NCBI GenBank assembly: GCA_032718475.1
Contig: JAUCBJ010000772.1
Span: forward strand, 1-62,929
Direction: 5' to 3'
Length of the DNA stretch: 62,929 bases
Source: Nemertoderma westbladi
Lineage: Eukaryota; Animalia; Xenacoelomorpha
This document shows, one piece after another, positions 52,210-61,432 of the stretch. The notes under the pieces were generated by a model. That model ran no database searches. It was not told the origin of the DNA and saw nothing but the letters and a program-made list of their open reading frames with translations. Positions within the stretch are counted from its first letter, which is position 1. Every line of letters starts with the position of its first letter. Position numbers and translations under genes: made by a program.

Positions 52210-53508
52210 TTAAGCCCTCCGGCCCCCGCCATCCCCTCCGCTCCTAGCATAATATACCCATTTACGAACACAAGCCCCCGGGGGCCATACCAAGGGATCA
52301 AGCGCCATTTCAAGGAGGTTACTGGGAATTCCAACCTTAAAACTAGCACTCCTAGACTCTTTATTAGAGATCCTCGAAACAAAGCTAAGCGGAATCTTTA
52401 TATTGCTGGCTCCCAAGTCGTCTACAATGTCCTGTGGTGTTGTCTCACTATCCATTCTAAACACAAAAATCTCAGCAGGAGCAACTTTCGACTTAAATGT
52501 TTTACCAGACATCCCCTTATCGTCGGGCTTTCTTCCTAAGCCTACGATGTACTCAGGACGAGACCTTCGGTATTTCGGGAACTGGTAGCCCTCAGAATCG
52601 GTACGCGACCGTGAATTAACAGTTCCAGTTTCTGTAGCCGGGATCGATGGCGAAAAACGAGGTCGCTTAGCACTCCCTGGCTGACTCCCAGGCTCAGCTC
52701 CAGGCTGTCTACCGGCAGCCTCGGAGCTATTAACGCCAACCACTGCCGGAGTGGTAGGGAACCGCGATTGAGAAACGGAGGTGCTATAGGGATGCCCTGA
52801 GTTCCGAGCAAATCTCGGTGACGAACGTCTAGAGGTTACTACCTCCCTGAAGGTGCGAGAAGTATCTGGCGGAATAAAGCCAACTGGGGGAGGAGGTAGC
52901 TGCGACGGAACGGAAGACGCAACGGCCCCTCCTACTCCTGTAGCCTTAGCAGAAACATGTGACTCTATAGACTTGAGTTTGTCGATTACAGATTTCTGAA
53001 AGTCATCTATTTTCTTATCAACGGAACTGATTCTCTCAGAAATATCAACATCAGCAATCTTACAGTTAAACAGTGATGTTCTATCCCCTGACTTACCGGA
53101 ACTGGAGGATAGAGTCCCAACCGCAGGCAACCTGAGGGCCGCCAGGGCCTCAACGGTAATCAACGGTAGTTTACCCGCTTTATCCAGCTCATGAAGCTTC
53201 TCCAACAAATCACGTACATTCGCCATTGCGGCAGTACGGTCTTTCGTGTCCTTCCGATTCACACACTCTAGACTAGCGCGCCGACAGAGTTGTTGCTTCG
53301 CAATGTAGATTTCATCCGCCGGGAAGTTTGACAGACAAACTTCAGATGCGACATCATCAGTATGACAGGAGATACACTGCAACAATGAGGCAAGGCATGT
53401 ATTGACAAGGCAAGTACTGTCAGAAAGGATAACAGCATCTATACCGGCCGCGGCCGTACTGCCGTACCGGTACCGGGAGCGTAAAAGGTACCAGAAGTAT
53501 CCATGCAA
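52210..53508 (-). CDS. LINE ORF1 (nucleic-acid-binding protein)
   Basis: Lies upstream of ORF2. Coiled-coil-like segment, low-complexity linker and C-terminal IFVFRM...SFKVGI...WPPG..VRKW RRM-like block typical of LINE ORF1s. The start codon is uncertain. Confidence 0.8.
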   Translation of the reverse strand: MHGYFWYLLRSRYRYGSTAAAGIDAVILSDSTCLVNTCLASLLQCISCHTDDVASEVCLSNFPADEIYIAKQQLCRRASLECVNRKDTKDRTAAMANVRDLLEKLHELDKAGKLPLITVEALAALRLPAVGTLSSSSGKSGDRTSLFNCKIADVDISERISSVDKKIDDFQKSVIDKLKSIESHVSAKATGVGGAVASSVPSQLPPPPVGFIPPDTSRTFREVVTSRRSSPRFARNSGHPYSTSVSQSRFPTTPAVVGVNSSEAAGRQPGAEPGSQPGSAKRPRFSPSIPATETGTVNSRSRTDSEGYQFPKYRRSRPEYIVGLGRKPDDKGMSGKTFKSKVAPAEIFVFRMDSETTPQDIVDDLGASNIKIPLSFVSRISNKESRSASFKVGIPSNLLEMALDPLVWPPGACVRKWVYYARSGGDGGGRRA

Positions 53509-54002
53509 CTACCATCCGGAGTCCAGCCATCGCCTACCTCACCCGGTTGCGAGGAAGAAGGGACGTTTCCACCAAAACCCAAAGGGTCGACAGGTCTAAG
53601 GTCGGCAGGGGCCGAACTAAAAGAATCCATAAAAGAGACAGTACAGCAGTATGAGATAAAGTCAGTCAGTTGGTCTATCAGTTTCAGTAGTTAGCAGTCA
53701 GCAGTCAGCGTGAGTTGTGCAGCCAACCAACAATTAACAACAATTAACTAACGGACATTCAGTTAATAACTGTTCCACCCACAGAAACTCATACAATTTG
53801 TAATAATAAGTCATTTGTGTTATAAGTCATAAGTTATTTGTGGAATAACGGTTTTTAGATATGTTGGGATTGTTTCAGTCAATTTCTGAGTTTTCATTTT
53901 CATAACTGAAGGGAATTCGGTTTCAACGAAACATAGAAACATGTTATTCATAAATTAAACCACCACCGTCCCAATGTTACTACTCTATGCCATTGAGAAA
54001 GT

Positions 54003-54323
54003 TTAGAAGTAAATCACCGCCCGAACAAGTAGAACAGCAACACAAACGACTTGCACCTTGGGACCAATGATTTTATGTGACCGGTCTGTGGTGGTGGTCT
54101 CCGTCGCTACAACTGTTGTCGTTTTCCTTGTCACGTCATAATCCCATACAACTTCAGGACAAGATTCCGTACCATTGCAACATGAAAATTGACATGACTC
54201 GCTTTCCAGAGTTAAAAAGTTTTTTAACCATTCTACAACCATTTGCATGTATTTAAGGAGAATAGGTGGATCTTCCTTCTGAATCTGCATGTTTGCGCTT
54301 TTGAAGACCTTTGACAGTTTAAC
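54003..54323 (-). CDS. Probable terminal exon of a host cell-surface (possibly GPI-anchored) protein gene
   Basis: Acceptor TTCTAATTTTGGCAG| in phase 0. Peptide VKLSKVFKSANMQ...CQFSCCNGTESC, a Thr-rich stalk, and a hydrophobic C-terminus VVCVAVLLVRAVIYF before the stop. Upstream exons not identified. Confidence 0.45.
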   Translation of the reverse strand, partial: VKLSKVFKSANMQIQKEDPPILLKYMQMVVEWLKNFLTLESESCQFSCCNGTESCPEVVWDYDVTRKTTTVVATETTTTDRSHKIIGPKVQVVCVAVLLVRAVIYF

Positions 54324-55058
54324 CTGCCAAAATTAGAATGTCTTTTAGATGATATATATTCTTTAGCTTTATGACGAGTATTTGATACACTACATTAGCC
54401 GAAGCCAGTCTATGCGCAATCATTCACCCGTTGGATATACCCGGGAGACTGAGTTCGGAGCTTAATGATTGATGGTGCAAGCCTACTGTATTATTCGACT
54501 GATCGTAATATATAATCTCTGACAAATATTATTCACTTTCGGGAAATATTAACAGTTCCTTTAGGACGTGGCGCTCTAAATATGTAAACAGAGTTATGAC
54601 TTAAACTAGACACAACGAAAAGGCTATAGATTAACGTATATGGCGCATTCTTTAGGAGATGCTTTGTTATCAGTTACAATCATACACAATGCTGCACAAT
54701 ACTGCACACTAATCTGCCGACCTTCACTAAATTTGGTCACGTATAAAGAGAGCAACATACAATTTATGTCGGGCATATGAAATAGCATTAGATTCACTTC
54801 AAACCACTCAACATAGGTCGCAATCGTTTATCTGTAACCGGTCTCTCTAACCTTTAGTATATCAAGAAGGTGGGGTGTCTGACTATTGATCAGTATTCCA
54901 AATATAATCTTCCATCAACAAATATAATGAATAACCGACAGCAAAAGCAGTAATGTAAGATATGAATTGCATAGATATGTATGATAAGATTGCTCGTTTG
55001 TGTAAATCGTTTGGTTAGGTTAGATAACAGATATACGTTCTATAATTAAGCCTACTAA

Positions 55059-55479
55059 TGTAAAGCTAAAGAATGCTGATATACGGAGGTGCCAAAAGCC
55101 GATGTTCTTAGGCTCTGGGCAAAAACATAACACTGAACTACTGAGTTCTGTATACACCTCCAACACAGAGACAAAAAACGCTCTGATTGGTCAACCGAAC
55201 AACGAGAGAACAAAGAAACAAAGAAATGTCGACGTGGCAATATCAGCTGTTAGCCGTCGTCATGGTAGCGACACTGTTTTCAAGAGTATCTAGCTTATCG
55301 CGTCACGAGATTGCGGATTATGTCCTCTAAAGTACAAATACAGTACAAATACAGAAGAAATGACTTTTATGTCCTCTAAAACACCAGTACAGCAAGGACA
55401 CGGCCTTTTTATGCCTGGCAAACCAACTACAGAGTACTTTAAGGGAAAATAACCGGTTAATGACGCAAAAGCTTTTACA
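55059..55479 (-). repeat. 3' LTR (421 bp) of the BEL/Pao element
   Basis: The minus strand starts TGTAAAAGCT and ends AGCTTTACA (TG...CA with terminal inverted repeat). It is immediately preceded by PPT-like GGGAGCGG (55480-55487). The partner LTR is outside the window. Confidence 0.7.
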
Positions 55480-55557
55480 CCGCTCCCAGAAAATGGGATT
55501 TAAGTCTATAAAATATAACAAATCACAGTTTCTAAAATATAAAAATACTCTAAACAG

Positions 55558-58500
55558 TTAGTCTTTCTTACGCGGACGGCGTTTACGCAGTTTTTTGAGG
55601 CTAGTAAGAGTCCTTTTCTCTTTGGGGCGAGCCACTTTACTAGGAGGGCTGTAACTCCGGGGTGAAGGGTGCAATACAATTGCATCAGAAGGTTTCGGAT
55701 TGCGATCAGTATATCCGCCGGTCGAGGTACCTGGTTGATCGATATCAACTTCCGTGGAGCGAGGTCTAACAGCCTTTAGGGCGCGCCTCAGGACAGCGGG
55801 TCCTTGACGGGTTGTCTGGGCAATGGCGGTAGGCGGACCGTGGGTGGTAAGAAACTTCCTTGGTTTAATAGTTCTTTCCAGCTCGCGTTCTCGGGCTCGA
55901 TATTCGTAGGGCCGTCGAGATACTTCCTGCAACTAAGGGTGCGAGTTGATAAATAAGTCGCCATACTCAGGGTCTTGACGGATATAATTGATCAAATGGT
56001 ATGAAGTAATATCGTTAGGATTGACGTTCCTAAGGTATCTTCTAACAAATTTAGTGGAAATACACTCACCAACACGCTTCATTAGCTCGTAACTCGGTAC
56101 GCGTGTTTTTTGTTCCACAGACGCTAATAAATAAGGATGGAACGCGTAAACTCCCTCGTAAGAGCGTCCAGGGTAGTATCGATGACGGGACTCACAGTGT
56201 AAATCCGCGTTAGCTTCCCAAGCTCGGATGTAGCACAGGGTAATCATTTCATCTACGCTCTCTAAATCGTGATTAAAGGGGCAATTATAACTCGCATGTC
56301 CTTTAAATTGACAGTGGTGGCATTGAGTCATAAATTGGGGGCAGACTGCAAAAATATGAGAGTTATTAAGTCTGCAATACGCACAATATATCTCCATCAT
56401 TGGTTGTTCGTGGAAATAGGAACAGGGTACGTCTGAGTCCATAGGGGTGAAATGGTCTCTCGATGCGCATAATCGACAACGTTTTCGAGAAACATAGTTA
56501 GCGTGTCGATAATCGTATGCGGTGAGACATTGTGGACCTTGATACCACTCTAAGACGTAGTCGTTATCGCTGCTCCGGGGCGCTGTAGGCTGAATCGCTT
56601 CAGCTTCTAAGCATATTGGTTCGTCTTCCAATTGCATAGCTGAAGTAGGTGCGGCTGTCTCCGCAAGCGGACCCACTGTCTGAACTTCGACGACAGAATA
56701 ACCCGTAGGTATTCGGGGTCTTTGTATAACAGATGAGTGCAAGTTCTGTATACAAACGTCCTGAAAAAGGGCAAATCCCGCGCTGTTTAGCTTCTCCGCC
56801 GCTGAGTCTCTCAGGCTGAGTTTGGTCAGAGCGCGGTCCTTGAACTGACTATCAACGTTACGGAACGGAGTCAGAAAGCGCCTGAAACATTCAAAGCGGA
56901 TGAATTTATTGTGTTCATCTAACTTGGCGAGTTTGGTTCCAAGTATTAAGGGATGGGCGCGTATGGTACGACTGCACACATCGGCTAGCCAACCGGCAAG
57001 TGCTGCGTTTTCAAAGATCGTGTATATAGCTAAGGAGGGACGAAGTGGAACACTCATAAAGCTATACACGGCGCCAGGTGCGGTCAATGGTCCATCAAAG
57101 TATAAACGAGAATAATGATCTCCGTATACTTGTTGGTAATTTATAGGATTTCCAACCTTGAAATTCCATCCGTATTCTTGAAAGGCAAGATGTCCGATGG
57201 AGGTTCGTTGTACTTTGGTAATTCCGCTGGGTGTATTGGCATACGTAGTGCGGAAGAAACCTCGGCCTTCTGCCCAAGGAGCAATCAGCTGAGTATCAAC
57301 GAAGGGGTATGGAATGTTCTCCATATTCCGAAAGTCGTTCTGTAGGTCTCCATAAACAGCTGAGCCGATTTTAAGGATTCCTTCGTTAAACAGCATCTCG
57401 AGCACGGGTTGGGGTAACATCGATCCATCGATACCCATGGCCGGCTTGCGCTCGGTGTCGGTGACGTAACGCTGCGCGAGTTCAAATTGTCCATGTCGGA
57501 GTTTCTTTTGTATCTCAGTAAGAGTTTCAAAAGAATAATCAATAACGTCGGAACACGCTCGAGTAAATACGTGGGTAGAACCAGCGAGTCCTCGTATATG
57601 TATCATCCGCGTAGTTCCAAGTTCTCCAACCGGAACGCTACCTTCGTTATCGTAAGTGACAACTCCATACATCTCGATAACGTTAAGAGTTTCGTTCCAC
57701 TCTTTAGTGGCGTTTTCGAGTGTCATTCCCACAGGATGCCACAAGGTAGCACATTCGCTAGCATTAGGCAGGTCTTTATACTTTAAACATTGTGTGGTAT
57801 ATGTTTCCACATCTCCATATCGTTGTATTCTTTCCTCCTCGAATAACACATCAAGATTCCAGTGCACTAAACGAGTTTTGATGAATCCATCAAGATTATA
57901 CGGAGGTATTGTTTCTTTCTCTATTCTGGAAACATTATATGGTTTTCGAAACGAGTTTACTTTAACTAATTGATCCAGATGTTTCTGCAGTTGTTCGAGT
58001 TCGACAAGATCGAGAGGATTTATTAACGGTAGAAACTTCAGACTATGTGTAGGATCTTCCGGTTTTACCATGTAATATTGTTTTAGATTGACGTAATAAG
58101 GGTGATCTTTGATCCCATAAAACGAGTCCGGTAAAGGTCTAGCGCGTATGTTTACATCGTGTACCATGCGACGGACAAGATCTGCTCTATTGTCCGGAGG
58201 TTCAACGAGTATACCATCGACACGGGCGGGTTCGATGGGCGGACGCTGCAACAGAGGAGCATCGGCGATAAGATCGCGAGATCTTAGGTTGATATCAACC
58301 GGTTGGGGTTGTGCCGTCGCAAAAAGTTTGTCTCCGAAATGGGGAACCATCGAGGGATGAAGAATGGTTTTAGAGTAGAGATCCGTCATAAGGATTTGCG
58401 CTTCGGGTTGAGCTAAAGCCGCTTCTTCTCTCTCATCCAGTTCTATATGTCTCTCCTCGAGCTGATTCTCCTCTGCTTGTTGTTGTAGACGCTCATCTAG

Positions 58501-59790
58501 AAACTCTTGTAAAGAGTAGGTTCGTCCACGTTCGATGTCCTCCTCGAGATTTTGTATTTCTCTATCGAACTGGGGTAAAGCTAATTCCTTCACCGCTTGG
58601 ACTTGTTGCTGCAATTTACGCTTCTCCAAACAATCGTACGTTCCCTTTCCGATTTTCTGCCGAATAGCGTCTAATGCGTTTCGTACGACGCTCGGAACGG
58701 GTTGGATAGAGGTGAAGCCGGGACGGTTGTATGGGTTAAACGGCGATATTAGATGACCACGTCCCAATCCAGCTAGGTAGGGTTGGCGAATGTCTCGTGA
58801 GCCTACTACCGGAGTGCCACCGATCAACTGTTCGGGTAACACTAGATCTTTGAACAGTGAGTACAGTTCGGGAGGATCCGTGATACTATTAGGGTCAAGA
58901 GTTTGAGGTCTAACTGAGGAATGCAGAGGTCTGACCGAGTATTCCGGAACTCTGATCATCGGTTTGTTCAAGGATCGCTTGAGTCGAGCGACCGCAGGGG
59001 ACACGTCGAACAGGTTTCGCTCGAAACTCCCGTAAGTATATCGTGTAAAACTGTGTTTAGCGCAACGTCTCCGCGGATGTTTATGTCTTTCCGTTTGCTG
59101 ATTGGGTCTAGGGCATTCGTCACAGTAATACCAAAGACGCATGTCCTGCAGAGGAAACGCGGGTGATCGTTCTCCAGTTTTACAATATTCCTCCATCTGT
59201 TCGAAGCTATCTGGGACAACAGGTAGCGGTCGATCGGCGGTAAGATACATCATAGTGAAATAGAGTCGTTTGAGTTCTAACATAGGATCATGATGTATAC
59301 CTTGAGGATATCGAGTTTCGAGATTTTGTTGACTGGCAATATTGAGGTATGTTTCTCTCAAGAATTCCAGATAATCGTTGAAGTCGTTGCGTTTATCCGG
59401 TTCTTCAACGTCTTCTCTTTCGAGTCAGTTTCGAATAGAGTTCTCGTGTTCTATTCTTGGCTTATCGTTCCGATTCCGTTGGGTATGATATTTAAATAAA
59501 ACCATTTCCCTTTCGGTATCCACATCGTCCGTATCGTGTAAATCGATAGGGTGGCCGGTAGTTAAGAAGTCCATATACGTACCATTACGATGCGTATAGC
59601 GAGCGGTGAACTTTCTATAGTCCAATTCACGCGTAAGTTGCTCCGGGGACATTGGCGGTTCGATATAACGACCATCATCCTCCGTAGTAGTTGGACCAGC
59701 GTCGCCACGTATCAAGCTATCGACAAACGCTTGTAAAGGTAGAGTATATCGCTCCCTGATACCAAGATCATCTTCTATCAACTCAGTCAT
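55558..59790 (-). CDS. Accessory ORF: DEDDy-like 3'-5' exonuclease + CCHC-type zinc fingers + basic tail (~1410 codons, two in-frame stops)
   Basis: Track ORFs 59425-59790, 55933-59361 and 55558-55932 share one frame, separated only by TGA (59425-59427) and TAG (55933-55935). Exonuclease-like motifs: VVTYDNEG, LPQPVLEMLFNEGILKIGSAVYGD, FVDTQL, SIGHLA, PLRPSLAIYTIFE. Fingers: CRLCASRDH..C, CAYCRLNNSHIFAVC, CHHCQFKGHASYNC. Confidence 0.7.
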
Positions 59791-59872
59791 ATCTGCTATG
59801 AGTTTATCAATATTATAATGAGTTTATATATATTAGGCTAGCGGGCGTCGCTGCCTACCCCTCTTTTGCCCC

Positions 59873-59980
59873 CGGACAGTGTAAGATCCTCAGCGCCGAT
59901 GTACCGTCGTCGCTGTGCTTTCGCCAACGATGTAGCTACACAACGACAACGATAACCGGCACAAGTCACTTAACTGTCCG
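59873..59980 (-). other. Long stem-loop ~80 nt upstream of the accessory ORF start
   Basis: 59873-59880 pairs with 59973-59980, 59895-59898 with 59957-59960, and 59902-59917 with 59939-59954 (16 bp, with three pairs that form only as G-U on the minus strand). Confidence 0.65.
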
Positions 59981-60611
59981 TCCCAAAGGCTTAGATGTAC
60001 TGCAGGTTCTTCTTGGAGAGTTAGGGTTACTTTCACAATTGCGACTCGCTACTGTAAACACACCTTAGTAGTAACATTCACCTACAAACGCACAAATTCA
60101 ACACAACTGCAACAAACTGCACACATTCGGGCCATTTGTCCGTTAGTCAGTGCCTTCCAGAATGTCACTGTATTTATTATGTATCCTTGGATACTAGCAG
60201 TGCGCTATTTATTCCCTATGCTATTCAATGGGGCATGCTTTCTATTGTTCTTTTAACTCACTTCTAATTCTAGCGTGGTTGTTGCCATGGTGACATTATG
60301 GAAAGCTAGCGGTAGAATTAGGGTAATTCTCATGCATACAGATCTGGGATGCTATTTAATAATAATTCTTTAATGGTCAATATCCCCTTTATACATGATT
60401 CTATGAATTTTATCGGCTATTGACTATACATTGGAGATTCTCGCACACAAATACACTTAATAGAGTGAATCTCCGCTCCCATGATCTATTAATTAATGGA
60501 ATTTTGGGAATGTTATAAATTGTACAAAATGACAATTTATTAAATTCATTGAAATATATGAATTTAAATTTATTCCCGTAAATTTTATTATTTAATGTTA
60601 AATAGACACAA

Positions 60612-60878
60612 TTTTATTCCAGAACATGTCTGGGGACTGGGATCCTTGATTCTAGGAATTTTGTCATTTTAAGAGTATCGGTAAGTGCTACGATATCTTA
60701 ATCGACTAGAATTTTAAAGGATCTGATATTTGACAGATTTTTGTAAATATTAATAATTAATATTTAGGATGAGCACCAGTTTATTCCAGAACTTGTCTGG
60801 GGACGTTAACCATTGATTCTAGAAATTTGTCTTTCAAGTATATCGGTGGGTGCCGCGATATCTTAATCGACTAGAATT
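60612..60878. repeat. Two diverged ~100-bp direct repeats with conserved internal hairpins
   Basis: 60612-60713 and 60780-60878 share TTATTCCAGAAC.TGTCTGGGGAC...TTGATTCTAG...TATCGGT..GTGC..CGATATCTTAATCGACTAGAATT. Confidence 0.75.
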
Positions 60879-61432
60879 ACAGATGGTCAAAGGGTTTAAC
60901 AGATTTATTTTGCGTTATACGCTACTGTTAAAGGGACATCACGCTACTATATGTATTATTTAATATACGGTATGAGAGCAATATCGCACGAAGCAATGTC
61001 AGTGTGAAGAGGCAAGTCGTTTCCAAGGTCTACCCAGAGCTTGGTTTAGCCGAGACACGAGGATCTGAACTTTGCATTCCTAATACTCTGCCTACCAATA
61101 ATACTTGAATATAGTAGTGGCTTTATTGTACTTTAATAAGTACGGATATTTCATCTTACTGTAGTCACGTATTTATAATATGATACGGACAGTAAGGAAA
61201 GAGAAAAAGAATTATTTCTTGCCGTCGCACTAAATATATAATATACGTAATTAAATAATAAACGCGAATATATATTGCACTAATCTACTAAATGATCACT
61301 AAAATAACATGTTACTAAATAAAATTAAATAAAACGATTAAAATAAAATTACATAATAATACATACATAAATATAAAAATAAAACAAATACAAATATAAA
61401 GTAATATGGTCACACACCCACTCCAGCCGTTG

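Larger units (their letters stand above)
48823..53745 (-). mobile_element. Near full-length two-ORF non-LTR retrotransposon (RTEX-like; CR1/L2 group not excluded)
   Basis: ORF1 plus APE-RT ORF2, with a (TAAAT)n 3' tail at 48823-48851. Boundaries are defined by the interrupted minisatellite; no real TSD. Confidence 0.88.

Noticed and set aside
56900-59499. Plus-strand short ORFs opposite the accessory gene (likewise those opposite ABCA, RTE and LINE ORFs)
   Set aside because: Antisense shadows of real coding frames with no independent motifs.
55558-59790. env gene of the BEL/Pao element
   Set aside because: No signal peptide or transmembrane anchor is evident; the motifs indicate a soluble nuclease/zinc-finger protein.
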